From sequence record SRR22947725_4056: a stretch of DNA of 64,000 bases. One strand, written 5' to 3'. Below are positions 49,789-60,060 of the stretch, in pieces (the stretch's first letter is position 1; every line of letters starts with the position of its first letter). Both the position numbers and the translations under genes were made by a program. The notes under the pieces are model-generated. The model had not been told where the DNA came from, searched no databases, and worked only from the letters and a program-made list of their open reading frames with translations.

Positions 49789-51359
49789 CCCATCCTGCCG
49801 TTGAGGTCGCACACCTCCGGATTCAGTTCCCTGGAAGCCAGGCACCCGCTGTCAGCGATGTGTCCTTCCATATCGATGCCGGTGAGTGTTTGGCATTGGT
49901 GGGGGAATCGGGCTCCGGAAAATCTCTGACGGCACTATCTCTCCTCGGGTTGGTCCCCCCAGGGGCAGACCAACGAGTGGAGAGCCTGCGGGTGGCCGGC
50001 GTGGATACCAGAGGATTTTCTCCACTGCAGTGGCGATCCCTTCGAGGTACTCGGGTGGGACTGGTCAGCCAAGATGCTCTGGTCTCTTTGGATCCTCTGC
50101 GCCGGATTGAAGAGGAAGTGGCAGAAGTTCTCGAGATAACTCGTCCCAAGCTTTCTCGTGAGGAGCGATCACGCCGAGTGACCCGCGCTCTCGAGATGGC
50201 AGCGATGCCTGACCCCGAGTATCGGAGGCGTCAGTATCCGCATGAGCTCTCGGGCGGAATGCGCCAACGCGCATTGATTGCGTCAGCTCTGGCCGGGAAC
50301 CCGGAGGTGCTGATTGCCGATGAGCCCACCACCGCTCTTGACTCGCTGACCCAATCCCACATCCTTGACCTGTTGAGCTCCCTGAAGCGCTCTGGCTTGG
50401 CCCTGCTGTTGGTGAGCCATGACCTTCATCTCGTGAGTCAACTAGCCGACCGCATCGCGGTGATGCGTGGCGGGGTCATCCTCGAGCAGGGCTCCAGCGC
50501 AGAAGTGCTTAATCGTCCACGCCACCCCTACACCGGGGAACTGGTCGCCGCGGTGGCGAAGCGGCGCAGCGCGATCACGGTGACACCGGATGCTTCCCCT
50601 CTAGCCCTGTCGTGGCAGGGAATCCACCGCCGCTATCAAGGCCCCGACGGCACCCCCACCCAAGCCCTTCGCGACGTGTCCTTCCAGGTTAGATCCGGCA
50701 CAACGCTCGGAATTGTGGGTCAGTCAGGGTCGGGCAAGAGCACGCTGGGTAGGATATTAATGGCCTTAGGAACACCAGATTCCGGTGTGGTGGAGCTTTT
50801 TGGCCAGCCGTGGTCTAGCGAACGCGAAAAGGCTAGGCGTCCTCGCCGGGGGGCCATCCAGCTCATTGAACAAAATCCGCTGGATGCGCTTGACCCTCGA
50901 TGGACCGTTCGCCGCATTGTCGAGGAGGCGCTTGAACTTGACACATCCAGCGATGGCACGCCAGGGGAGCGACTCTTGGAAACCCTCGGGCTTGTGGGGC
51001 TTGCCCCTGAATTGCTCGGCAGGCGACCCCATCAGCTCTCGGGAGGGCAACGACAGCGGGTGGCCATCGCAAGGGCACTTGCCCGCAGGCCTTCGGTCCT
51101 GATTCTTGATGAACCCGTCTCTGCGTTGGATGCTGTGGTCCAAGCTCAAATTCTCACCCTGCTGGGCTCACTCCAGCGCGATTTGGGTTTGACACTGATT
51201 CTGATTTCCCATGACTTGGGCGTTATCGCTCACCTCAGCGATGAGGTGTTGGTGTTGCTGGAAGGCCAAGCCATCGAGTCAGGCCCCCTGGAGAGAATTC
51301 TCGACAACCCCTCCCACGCCCATACCCGCGCTCTCTTGGAAGCTTCGCGAGCCCTCTGA
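49785..51359 (+). CDS. ABC ATP-binding protein, fused DppD/DppF-like
   Basis: Two ABC cassettes: GESGSGKS/LSGGMRQR and GQSGSGKS/LSGGQRQR; GTGA overlap with the permease. Confidence 0.95.
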   Translation: MTHPAVEVAHLRIQFPGSQAPAVSDVSFHIDAGECLALVGESGSGKSLTALSLLGLVPPGADQRVESLRVAGVDTRGFSPLQWRSLRGTRVGLVSQDALVSLDPLRRIEEEVAEVLEITRPKLSREERSRRVTRALEMAAMPDPEYRRRQYPHELSGGMRQRALIASALAGNPEVLIADEPTTALDSLTQSHILDLLSSLKRSGLALLLVSHDLHLVSQLADRIAVMRGGVILEQGSSAEVLNRPRHPYTGELVAAVAKRRSAITVTPDASPLALSWQGIHRRYQGPDGTPTQALRDVSFQVRSGTTLGIVGQSGSGKSTLGRILMALGTPDSGVVELFGQPWSSEREKARRPRRGAIQLIEQNPLDALDPRWTVRRIVEEALELDTSSDGTPGERLLETLGLVGLAPELLGRRPHQLSGGQRQRVAIARALARRPSVLILDEPVSALDAVVQAQILTLLGSLQRDLGLTLILISHDLGVIAHLSDEVLVLLEGQAIESGPLERILDNPSHAHTRALLEASRAL

Positions 51360-51399
51360 GTCGGGTGCGGTTTAGAGCCACAGGTCCTACACTGGGACA

Positions 51400-51556
51400 A
51401 AGCTTTGAATCGGCTATCACCGAGGAGCTGCCGGAAGAAAAAACCTTCGTGGTTTGAGTAGAACCGGTCGGGTGGGCCCGTCAGCGCCTGAGAAGAGTGG
51501 CCATCTTTTGGTGGCAAGCGGGGTGGTACCGCGACCGGGAAGCCGGGCGTCCCCGT
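51400..51556 (+). ncRNA. Actinobacterial translational T-box riboswitch (ileS, ultrashort stem I)
   Basis: Stem I AGCT..TCGG-CTATCA-CCGA-GGAGCT with Ile specifier ATC (51416-18); stem II with AGTA/GAA S-turn; T-box GGGTGGTACCGCG pairing with CGTCCCCG; -10 TACACT at 51388. Confidence 0.93.
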
Positions 51557-51587
51557 AACATCTACCCCCCTCTCTCAGGAGCACCCC

Positions 51588-54500
51588 ATGGCTTTCCCTC
51601 GACACCGTCCCGGCTCTTCCGTGGAGCCCAGTCCCTCCTTCCCTGCCGTGGAAACCAAGGTGTTGAAAGACTGGAAAGACGGCGATACCTTCCGCAAATC
51701 GGTGGCAGCGCGCGAAGGCTGCGAAGAGTGGGTTTTTTATGACGGTCCACCCTTTGCCAACGGGTTGCCCCATTATGGGCACCTCCTGACCGGGTATGCC
51801 AAAGACGTGTTTCCTCGCTTTCACACGATGCGGGGAAAGCAAGTGCACCGTCGTTTCGGCTGGGACACCCACGGGCTTCCTGCCGAGCTTGAAGCGGAGC
51901 GCCAGCTAGGGATTACCAACAAGAGCCAAATCGAAGAGATGGGTATCGCCGCTTTCAACCAGGCGGCGAAAGATTCGGTGTTGAAATACACCGATGAGTG
52001 GCAGGAGTACGTCACCCGACAAGCGCGGTGGGTAGATTTCGAAAACGACTACAAGACGCTGGATATCACCTTCATGGAAAGTGTGATGTGGGCGTTTTCC
52101 ACCCTGCATAACAAAGGCCTCGCCTACGAGGGCTACCGGGTGTTGCCCTACTGCTGGAGGGATCAAACCCCGCTGAGCAACCACGAACTGCGGATGGACG
52201 ATGACGTGTACAAGTCCAGGCAGGATCAATCTGTCACGGTGACATTTCCGCTCGAGGGTGAGGCGGCACAAGCGCTGGGGTTGGAAGGCGTGCTTGCTCT
52301 GGCTTGGACCACAACTCCCTGGACCCTTCCCACAAACGCTGCGCTTGCCGTTGGCCCAGAGGTCGCCTATGGCGTCGTTCCTGCGGGACCTGCTAGCTCA
52401 CAGCCTGGCCAGCAGTACCTGTTGGCCTTGGACACCATTGACAACTACCGCAAAGAGCTGGGGTATGAGGATTCGGCCGAGGCGCGTGCGGCGGTCACCG
52501 TGGAGTTCACCGGGTCCGAGCTCGGTGGAATTCATTACCGCAGAGTTTTTGACTACTACGCCGATAGTGACCAGTGGGACATGTCAGGCGCTTGGCGGAT
52601 TTTGGTGGCCGACTATGTCGCAACGGGAGAGGGAACGGGAATCGTTCACCAGGCACCGGCATATGGCGAAGATGACCAAATCACGTGTGCCGAGGCAGGG
52701 ATTCCGGTCATTATTTCCGTCGATGACGCTGGATGCTTTCTGGACGAGGTCGCTGACGTCGCGGGTCTGCAGGTCTTCGATGCCAACAAACCGCTCACGA
52801 GGCTCCTGCGTGAGTCGGGTCGGCTCTTCGCCGAGCGTTCTTACGACCACTCCTACCCGCACTGTTGGAGATGCCGAACCCCTCTGATTTACAAAGCGGT
52901 GTCGAGCTGGTTTGTGAAGGTCACGGAGATTCGTGACCGCATGCTGGAACTCAATCAGGACATCCGCTGGGTCCCCGGGAACGTCAAAGACGGTCAGTTT
53001 GGAAAGTGGCTCTCTAACGCCAGGGACTGGTCCATTTCCAGGAACCGATACTGGGGTTCCCCCATCCCAGTGTGGAAAAGCGACAACCCAGAGTTCCCGC
53101 GGGTCGATGTCTATGGCTCACTCGAGGAACTCGAGAAAGATTTCGGGGCTAAACCCGACGATCTCCACCGCCCCAAGATCGACGAACTCCACCGCCCCAA
53201 TCCGGACGACCCGTCGGGTCAGTCGACGATGCGGCGCATCCCCGACGTGTTGGACGTCTGGTTTGATTCAGGTTCCATGCCGTTTGCGCAGGTGCACTAC
53301 CCCTTTGAGAACCAAGAATGGTTTGACACTCACAACCCCGCAGACTTCATCGTGGAATACATCGGTCAGACCAGAGGATGGTTTTACACGATGCACGTCC
53401 TCTCCACGGCACTCTTTGACCGCCCTGCGTTCTCGCAGGTAATTTCCCATGGAATCGTTCTGGGATCAGATGGTCAGAAGATGTCTAAGAGCCTGCGAAA
53501 CTACCCTGACGTGTCCGAAGTGTTCGAGCGCGATGGCGCTGATGCGATGCGCTGGTTCTTGATGTCGAGCTCCGTCATTCGCGGCGGAAACCTGGTGGTC
53601 AGCGAAGAAGGCATTAGGGAGGGGGTTCGCCAGTTCCTCTTGCCGTTGTGGAGTACCTATTACTTCCTGGGTCTCTACGTAGGCGACCATGAACCACGCT
53701 GGCGCAGTGACTCCAGCCATATTCTCGATCGCTACATCCTGGCAAAAACCAGGGACCTGATCGATGCGACCACGACCGAATACGAAGCGCTTGATTCACC
53801 GATGGCAGCCCAACACCTCCGAAACTTCGCCGACGTGCTGACAAATTGGTATGTCCGGCGAAGCCGGGATCGCTTTTGGGCAGGGAGCGATACGGATGCC
53901 CTCGACACCCTCTACACCGTGCTGGAAACCCTCTGTCGGGTGGCAGCACCCCTGGCGCCGCTCATCACGGAAGAGGTGTGGCGGGGTATCACCGGAGGGG
54001 AGAGCGTTCACCTGTGTGACTGGCCCAAGGTCGAAGATTTCCCGGCCGACGCGGAGTTAGTAGCGACCATGGACCGTGTCCGGGATGTCGCCTCGGCAGG
54101 TTTAGCGCTGCGAAAAGCCCATTCCCGAAGGGTCAGACTGCCCCTGACAACGCTCACTATTGTGAGTGAGGGCGCGCGGGACCTTGTCGGCTTTAGCGAC
54201 ATCATCGCCGAGGAACTCAACGTGGCCGGCATTGAGTGCGTTGACCTTGACGATCAAGCTATCCAGCGCTTTGGAATTGGCCAAAAATTGATTCCCAATT
54301 CGAGAGCCCTGGGCCCCCGAGTGGGCGGAGCCATTCAAGGCATCATTGCCCGTGCGAAAGCGGGGGAATGGAGCATTGAGAAGGGTGTTGTCACGGTGGG
54401 AGACACCGAGCTCCAAGAGGGTGAATACACCCTGGAGCTCACCTCAGCCAGTGAAGAGACAGCGGTGAGCTTCCTGGAAGATGGCGGGTTTGTTCTCCTC

Positions 54501-54785
54501 GACACCACGGTGTCACCAGAGCAAGAAGCGGAAGGCTTAGCTCGCGATGCAATCCGTTGGATTCAACAGGAGCGCAAGAACGCTGGTTTGGAGGTCTCGG
54601 ATCGCATCGACCTCGTGCTCGAAGTGGATGAGACTGCCCGGGAAGCCTTGGAGAACCATCGAGAGCTTGTCGGGCAGGAAACCCTTTCCACGACGGTCAG
54701 TCTGGAACCTTTGGGTGCCAAGGGCGAGACGTTGCCGGTGGGGTCCGGTTCTCAGCTGCGCGTGAGAGTCTCTCGTCATGTCTAG
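51588..54785 (+). CDS. ileS: Isoleucine--tRNA ligase (type 2)
   Basis: [36 protein letters not shown]; 1065 aa with IleRS2-type C-terminus. Confidence 0.98.
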   Translation: MAFPRHRPGSSVEPSPSFPAVETKVLKDWKDGDTFRKSVAAREGCEEWVFYDGPPFANGLPHYGHLLTGYAKDVFPRFHTMRGKQVHRRFGWDTHGLPAELEAERQLGITNKSQIEEMGIAAFNQAAKDSVLKYTDEWQEYVTRQARWVDFENDYKTLDITFMESVMWAFSTLHNKGLAYEGYRVLPYCWRDQTPLSNHELRMDDDVYKSRQDQSVTVTFPLEGEAAQALGLEGVLALAWTTTPWTLPTNAALAVGPEVAYGVVPAGPASSQPGQQYLLALDTIDNYRKELGYEDSAEARAAVTVEFTGSELGGIHYRRVFDYYADSDQWDMSGAWRILVADYVATGEGTGIVHQAPAYGEDDQITCAEAGIPVIISVDDAGCFLDEVADVAGLQVFDANKPLTRLLRESGRLFAERSYDHSYPHCWRCRTPLIYKAVSSWFVKVTEIRDRMLELNQDIRWVPGNVKDGQFGKWLSNARDWSISRNRYWGSPIPVWKSDNPEFPRVDVYGSLEELEKDFGAKPDDLHRPKIDELHRPNPDDPSGQSTMRRIPDVLDVWFDSGSMPFAQVHYPFENQEWFDTHNPADFIVEYIGQTRGWFYTMHVLSTALFDRPAFSQVISHGIVLGSDGQKMSKSLRNYPDVSEVFERDGADAMRWFLMSSSVIRGGNLVVSEEGIREGVRQFLLPLWSTYYFLGLYVGDHEPRWRSDSSHILDRYILAKTRDLIDATTTEYEALDSPMAAQHLRNFADVLTNWYVRRSRDRFWAGSDTDALDTLYTVLETLCRVAAPLAPLITEEVWRGITGGESVHLCDWPKVEDFPADAELVATMDRVRDVASAGLALRKAHSRRVRLPLTTLTIVSEGARDLVGFSDIIAEELNVAGIECVDLDDQAIQRFGIGQKLIPNSRALGPRVGGAIQGIIARAKAGEWSIEKGVVTVGDTELQEGEYTLELTSASEETAVSFLEDGGFVLLDTTVSPEQEAEGLARDAIRWIQQERKNAGLEVSDRIDLVLEVDETAREALENHRELVGQETLSTTVSLEPLGAKGETLPVGSGSQLRVRVSRHV

Positions 54786-56118
54786 TACGGGGGCTTTTGA
54801 GCGGCAGGAAGCAGACGCGGTGATGGCTGCGTTGATGGCCCGGGTGGGCGAGAAAAGGCCCGAGCGCCGTCTCCACGCCATCCGGCGGGTGACGGAGCTG
54901 TTGGGTGATCCCCAAAGAATGTATGGGGTAATCCACCTCGCTGGCACCAACGGGAAAACATCGACGGCTCGCATCACCGAAAGCATTTTGCGGGCGCTGG
55001 GCCTTCGTACCGGCCTGATGACCTCCCCCCACCTCCACCGAATAAACGAACGCATCGTGATTGATGGGGAACCTATCTCAGATCGCATGCTCGCCGATAA
55101 CTGGGCCGATGTGGAGCCGTTTCTCACCATTGTTGATGCGGAACTGGTGGCAAATTCTGAACCGCCCCTGACCTACTTTGAAGCGCTCACAGCACTCACT
55201 TTTGCCGCTTTTGCCGATGCTCCGGTGGATGTTGCGGTCATCGAAGCGGGGATGGGTGGCGAATGGGATGCCACGAACGTTGCGGATGCGGACGTTGCCG
55301 TGTTTACCCCCATTGCCCTTGACCACACGGAATACTTGGGGGACACGATTTCGCTGATCGCGGCCACAAAAGCGGGAATTATCAAACCTGCTTCGCGGGT
55401 GGTGAGCGCTCATCAATCTCAGGACGCGTGGGATCACATCATGCTCGCGTGTGAAAAATACGAAGCACCCTTGAGGATTTTTGGCAGGGACTTTTCGCTC
55501 ACCTCGGTGGAACCCGGGGTGGGGGGCCAGGTCATCAGTGTGGAAGGAATAGCCGGACACTACCCCGGCCTCGCCCTCCCGCTGTTGGGCGACCACCAAG
55601 GTGAAAACGCTGCGTTAGCGATTGCCGCGGTGGAATCCTTTCTTCACAATGGCACTCAGATGCTCGCGCGCGAAGTGGTCGAAGAGGGAGTGTCCCTTGC
55701 CAGCAGCCCGGGGCGACTTCAAGTGGTCTCTGCCAACCCGACGGTCGTGGTCGACGCTGCTCACAACCCCCACGGTGCAGAAGCCCTCGCCGGTGCGATG
55801 ATGACCTCCTTTAGCTTTGACCGCTTGGTCTGCGTTATCGGAGTCCTTCAGGAAAAGGATCTCGTAGGAATTGTGGAAGCTCTCGACCCTGTGGTGGACC
55901 ACTTTGTTGTTACCCAGTCCCAGTCCGATCGTTCCATCAGCGTTCACGACTTAGCCGATGCGGTATCGGCGATAGCGGGACCTGACCGGGTAGATTCCCG
56001 CGGAAATTCGGAGGAAGCTCTCTCCCGGGCTGAGGACCTGGCCGGCGCGGAAGGCGGCGTCCTGGTGACGGGTTCGATCACGCTGGTGGCAGAGGTAGCC
56101 GCCGGGAAGGGACGATGA
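54778..56118 (+). CDS. folC: Folylpolyglutamate/dihydrofolate synthase
   Basis: [30 protein letters not shown]. Confidence 0.97.
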   Translation: MSSTGAFERQEADAVMAALMARVGEKRPERRLHAIRRVTELLGDPQRMYGVIHLAGTNGKTSTARITESILRALGLRTGLMTSPHLHRINERIVIDGEPISDRMLADNWADVEPFLTIVDAELVANSEPPLTYFEALTALTFAAFADAPVDVAVIEAGMGGEWDATNVADADVAVFTPIALDHTEYLGDTISLIAATKAGIIKPASRVVSAHQSQDAWDHIMLACEKYEAPLRIFGRDFSLTSVEPGVGGQVISVEGIAGHYPGLALPLLGDHQGENAALAIAAVESFLHNGTQMLAREVVEEGVSLASSPGRLQVVSANPTVVVDAAHNPHGAEALAGAMMTSFSFDRLVCVIGVLQEKDLVGIVEALDPVVDHFVVTQSQSDRSISVHDLADAVSAIAGPDRVDSRGNSEEALSRAEDLAGAEGGVLVTGSITLVAEVAAGKGR

Positions 56119-56474
56119 TGGCGGGAGCAAAACGAGAGAAGTCAGCGACAGAGTCGCTGCTTCAGATTGCTCTGGTGCTGGAAATTGCGGTGGTGTTTTT
56201 CGGAGCGCTAGCGCTCAATGGGCTGGGCTATTTCACCCCCACGGTTATTGTTCTTGGGTCAGGGGCAGCCCTGGTGATTCTTGTGCTGGTGTATCGGTTG
56301 CTGCGATACCGCGCGGGAGTGTGGTTGGGGCACCTGGTTCAGTTAGCGCTGTTGACCTCTTTCCTTTGGGATGTCGTAATGGGAATGTCCGCAGCGGTTG
56401 TTGTCGGTTTCTGGATCTTTGGGGCCATTCGAGGGCCTCAACTTGATCGAGGCAAAGAAAACCCTTCACGCTAA
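56115..56474 (+). CDS. DUF4233-like membrane protein
   Basis: Four hydrophobic segments; typical folC-X-ndk position. Confidence 0.75.
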   Translation: MMAGAKREKSATESLLQIALVLEIAVVFFGALALNGLGYFTPTVIVLGSGAALVILVLVYRLLRYRAGVWLGHLVQLALLTSFLWDVVMGMSAAVVVGFWIFGAIRGPQLDRGKENPSR

Positions 56475-56510
56475 ACTCACCATCACCAACGCACCAAGGA
56501 GAAAACCGAT

Positions 56511-56933
56511 ATGGCCGGATTAGAAGAAACACTCGTGCTCGTGAAACCAGACGGAGTCGCGAGAAACTTGACGGGTGAAATCCTGTTGCGCATCGAATCA
56601 AAGGGTTACCAGCTCGTTGACCTTCGCATGGTCGAGCCCAACCGCGACTTACTCTCTGCCCACTATGCCGAGCACGAAGGCAAACCTTTTTACGAGCCAC
56701 TGGTGAACTTCATGGAGTCGGGTCCTGTGGTGGCGATGAGGATCGCCGGCCATAAGGTCATCGAGGGGGTCCGGTCTCTCTGCGGAGCAACAGACCCCAC
56801 ATCGGCGGCACCGGGGACCATCCGCGGGGATTTAGGACGCGACTGGGGGCTTGCCGTGCAGCAAAACTTGATTCATGCCAGCGATTCAGAGGAATCCTCC
56901 GAGAGGGAACTCGCTCTCTGGTTTCCTCGCTAA
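56511..56933 (+). CDS. ndk: Nucleoside diphosphate kinase
   Basis: LVKPDGV, HYAEH, PGTIRGD, NLIHASDS. Confidence 0.98.
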   Translation: MAGLEETLVLVKPDGVARNLTGEILLRIESKGYQLVDLRMVEPNRDLLSAHYAEHEGKPFYEPLVNFMESGPVVAMRIAGHKVIEGVRSLCGATDPTSAAPGTIRGDLGRDWGLAVQQNLIHASDSEESSERELALWFPR

Positions 56934-57523
56934 AGCGAGAAGAGCAAAGGGAACTGGATCAGGATTGCTATGCCGATGACGGCGTAGTTAATCACGATCA
57001 GAATCCACGAGTAGGGCAACCAGGTTGCTCCAAGTTTCTTCAACCGGGGGGATGAACTAAGAATCCCTTGCTTGAGGACCCAGGGCAGCAAGATCCACCA
57101 GAGTGGAATGTGGATTGCCCAGACCACCATGCAGTAAAGACACAGGAAGCCGATGGCGAAGACGGCTTGGACAAACATCCACATCAGCCAGAGGTATGCG
57201 GCAAGAACTCCAAGAACCACAAGAATCCAAAAGGGTCTCTTGAACGTGGCGCCGGCCAGCATGGCAGCCCCCACCATCGCTACGGCGACATAGCCGGCAA
57301 CCCCAAAGAGTTGATTGGGGGTGTCAAAAAATACTGTGGCTTGCGGGCTCTGCATCACCGAACCGCAGGAGAAAAAGGGATTGATGTCGCAGCTGGGCTG
57401 GGTTCCACTGAGGGCCAACTGGTATCCCTCGCGGGCCAGAGTGAACGCTGCAAACCAGGCACCTAGTCCGCTGAGCAACAAATAGATTGCCATGGACGTG
57501 GACCGTCTCGTGGGGTAGTTCAT
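56930..57523 (-). CDS. Vitamin K epoxide reductase family (DsbB analogue)
   Basis: CDINPFFSC loop cysteines, PNQ, CLYC active site, TM helices; CATAAT-N6-ATG. Confidence 0.93.
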   Translation of the reverse strand: MNYPTRRSTSMAIYLLLSGLGAWFAAFTLAREGYQLALSGTQPSCDINPFFSCGSVMQSPQATVFFDTPNQLFGVAGYVAVAMVGAAMLAGATFKRPFWILVVLGVLAAYLWLMWMFVQAVFAIGFLCLYCMVVWAIHIPLWWILLPWVLKQGILSSSPRLKKLGATWLPYSWILIVINYAVIGIAILIQFPLLFSL

Positions 57524-57650
57524 TCCATGATTATGGCACCGCCGCCCAGAGCAAAGGCTGCACTCCAGGCACCGAGTCCGCTAACCAGCAGAGAGATTGC
57601 CATGGACGTGGACCCTCTCGTGGGGTAGTTCATTCCAAGATTATGGCGCC
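57431..57650. repeat. 110-bp diverged tandem duplication of the VKOR 5' end and its -10 box
   Basis: 57431-57540 vs 57541-57650 align without gaps; 16 mismatches by hand count (~85% identity). Confidence 0.95.
57520..57633 (-). CDS. Candidate leaderless 37-aa uORF made by the duplication
   Basis: MNYPTRGSTSMAISLLVSGLGAWSAAFALGGGAIIME*; own CATAAT-N6-ATG; stop overlaps the VKOR start (ATGA). Confidence 0.5.
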   Translation of the reverse strand: MNYPTRGSTSMAISLLVSGLGAWSAAFALGGGAIIME

Positions 57651-57866
57651 ACACTGGTCCACAGCAGAGGTGATGTGCGATACTAGAGGTAGAGCTTTTT
57701 CACCCGATGGAAAAGCGCACCAAGAATTCTCGAATCCTCGATTCGAATACCGGGGAATACCCCAACAAACCCAAGTTTTTTCAAGAGAAACCTCGTGTTT
57801 CTCCTGCCAAAGCGTAATGCAGTTCCGGCCAGTGATGCCGGGAACTGCGTGAGGAGGGCACCGATT

Positions 57867-60017
57867 ATGGTGGCCAAGAAAATAGAAGACACCACCGAGC
57901 CTCAAGCGAAGACCGCGACAAAGAAGGCAGCTTCTGCCCCGCAGTCTCCCGCCGGCGAGGCCCATACCGCGGGATCTGGAAAAAAGCCAGCGGACAAGAA
58001 GCCTGTAGCTAAGAAGCCTGCAGCCAAGAAACCTGCAGCCAAGAAACCGGCAAGCGACAAGGCTTCGGGTAAGCAGGCACGTGCCGCTCAAGCGAACAAG
58101 CCTGGGGAAAAACCCAGCGCTGTTTCCACGAAGGACCTCGTCTTTCATGCTCCCGACCCTGCGCTTCTTCCCGTCTTTACGCCCGCTCCTGAGGAATCTC
58201 AGAGCGAGGGCACCGTGCGCCGACGCTCACGAGCGAACCGACCCACGCTGAGTCCCGAAGAGAAAAAAGCCAAAGCTGCCGCTGAGGCATCCACCCCGCA
58301 GAAAGTGCGGGGTTCTACGCGGCTGGAAGCCAAACGTCAACGCCGTCGGGATGGTCGCGATGGCGGTCGCCGCCGACAAAGCGTCACCGAGTCTGAGTTC
58401 CTCGCTCGTCGCGAGAGCGTTGACCGGGTCATGGTTGTTCGGGAGCGCACCGATCGCACTCAGATCGCCGTGTTGGAGGACAACGTGGTGGTGGAGCACT
58501 ATGTGGCTCGCGCCGAGGAGTCCAGCCTGATCGGCAACGTCTATTTAGGCCGTGTGCAAAACGTCCTGCCCAGCATGGAAGCTGCCTTTGTCGATATTGG
58601 CCGGGGAAGAAACGCCGTCTTGTATTCGGGTGAAGTGGATTGGGAAGCGGCAAGCGAGGGGGAAACTCCCGGGCCCCGCAAAATTGAGCTTGCTTTGAAA
58701 ACGGGTGACAGCGTTCTGGTTCAGGTCACGAAAGACCCGGTGGGCCACAAGGGTGCGAGGTTGACCAGTCAGATTAGTTTGCCTGGCCGCTACCTCGTGT
58801 ATGTGCCTGGCGGCTCCATGAACGGCATTTCCCGCAAACTGCCCGACACCGAGCGCGCGCGCCTCAAGACAATATTGAAGAAGATTTTGCCAGAGACGGC
58901 GGGCGTGATCGTGCGCACGGCTGCTGAGGGTGCCACAGAGGAGCAACTCACCATGGATGTGGAGCGCCTCCACAAGCAATGGGAAGCCCTCAGCGCCCAA
59001 ACAGAAAAGGCTCAAGCTCCCGACATGTTGCATTCGGAGCCGGATCTGCTGGTCAAGATCATTCGCGACGTTTTCAACGAAGACTTCCACAAACTGGTCA
59101 TTTCGGGGACGCACGCTCACTCAACGATCGAGAAATATTTGAGCTCGGTTGCCCCTGATTTGATTGCCCGCATGGAGGCCTATGCCCCCGATGGTGATCC
59201 CTTCGTGGAATACCGGGTAGGCGAAGGTATCGCCAAAGCATTGGACCGGAAGGTCTGGTTGCCTAGTGGCGGCTCGCTGGTGATCGACCGCACGGAGGCC
59301 ATGACGGTGGTGGATGTCAACACCGGCAAATTCGTGGGCAGCGGGGGGAACCTTGAAGAAACGGTGACAAAGAACAACGTCGAAGCCGCTGAAGAGATTG
59401 TTCGTCAGCTCCGACTCCGCGATATCGGTGGAATCATTGTTATCGATTTCATCGATATGGTCCTGGAGTCCAACAGGGACCTTGTTATCCAGCGGCTCAT
59501 GGAGTGTTTGAGCAGAGACCGAACGAAGCACCAGGTGGCAGAGGTGACCAGTCTCGGATTGGTTCAGATGACCCGAAAGAAACTCGGGCTTGGCCTGTTG
59601 GAAACCTTCAGCGAAGCCTGCGAGACCTGTCAAGGTCGTGGGGTTGTTGTTAACGGGGAACCTGTGACCAAATCGAAGTCTGATTCGTCTCCCCGCAGGA
59701 AGAAGGGGTCAGCGAAGTCGGCTCCGAAGATTGAACCCCACGGAATTACCGAGGACGCCCGTAATGCGATAGCCCAGATCGCCAAGAGCACCGTTCACTC
59801 TGCTTCCGCACAAACCACTGCCAACGCCGCACCCGCGGCGGCTGAGGAGAAGCCCACCCGGGGTCGGAAGAAATCAAGCTCCGCTGAGGTCGGAGTTCTT
59901 GATTCCGTGCTCGCAGCACTTCCCGAAGCACCAGGGCCGGGACAATCGAAGCGACGCAGACGCGCATCTAGCGCGCCGGTCAGCGCAGAGTCACCTCCCG
60001 AGTCACCCCAGAAATAA
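57867..60017 (+). CDS. rne: Ribonuclease E/G family
   Basis: GNVYLGRVQNVLPSMEAAFVDIG, DRTEAMTVVDVNTG, LRLRDIGGIIVIDFIDM, CETC Zn-link; SD GAGGAGG before ATG 57867. Confidence 0.96.
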   Translation: MVAKKIEDTTEPQAKTATKKAASAPQSPAGEAHTAGSGKKPADKKPVAKKPAAKKPAAKKPASDKASGKQARAAQANKPGEKPSAVSTKDLVFHAPDPALLPVFTPAPEESQSEGTVRRRSRANRPTLSPEEKKAKAAAEASTPQKVRGSTRLEAKRQRRRDGRDGGRRRQSVTESEFLARRESVDRVMVVRERTDRTQIAVLEDNVVVEHYVARAEESSLIGNVYLGRVQNVLPSMEAAFVDIGRGRNAVLYSGEVDWEAASEGETPGPRKIELALKTGDSVLVQVTKDPVGHKGARLTSQISLPGRYLVYVPGGSMNGISRKLPDTERARLKTILKKILPETAGVIVRTAAEGATEEQLTMDVERLHKQWEALSAQTEKAQAPDMLHSEPDLLVKIIRDVFNEDFHKLVISGTHAHSTIEKYLSSVAPDLIARMEAYAPDGDPFVEYRVGEGIAKALDRKVWLPSGGSLVIDRTEAMTVVDVNTGKFVGSGGNLEETVTKNNVEAAEEIVRQLRLRDIGGIIVIDFIDMVLESNRDLVIQRLMECLSRDRTKHQVAEVTSLGLVQMTRKKLGLGLLETFSEACETCQGRGVVVNGEPVTKSKSDSSPRRKKGSAKSAPKIEPHGITEDARNAIAQIAKSTVHSASAQTTANAAPAAAEEKPTRGRKKSSSAEVGVLDSVLAALPEAPGPGQSKRRRRASSAPVSAESPPESPQK
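57981..58055 (+). repeat. Five 15-bp units encoding KKPA(A/D/S)-like repeats in the RNase E N-terminus
   Basis: aaaaagccagcggac/aagaagcctgtagct/aagaagcctgcagcc/aagaaacctgcagcc/aagaaaccggcaagc. Confidence 0.85.
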
Positions 60018-60031
60018 GGGGATCGTTCTGG

Positions 60032-60060
60032 TTGCCGAGCGACCAGACATGGTCTATTCT
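60032..60060 (+). promoter_or_regulatory. SigA-type promoter of rplU-rpmA
   Basis: TTGCCG-N17-TATTCT. Confidence 0.65.

Noticed and set aside
51588..54785. IleRS2 as an acquired mupirocin-resistance gene
   Set aside because: It has its native T-box, overlaps folC and has no mobile context; type 2 IleRS is the housekeeping form in many actinobacteria.
57431..57650. The 110-bp repeat as CRISPR, IS ends or a DGR template/variable pair
   Set aside because: Two adjacent copies with no spacers, transposase or reverse transcriptase; substitutions are not adenine-specific.
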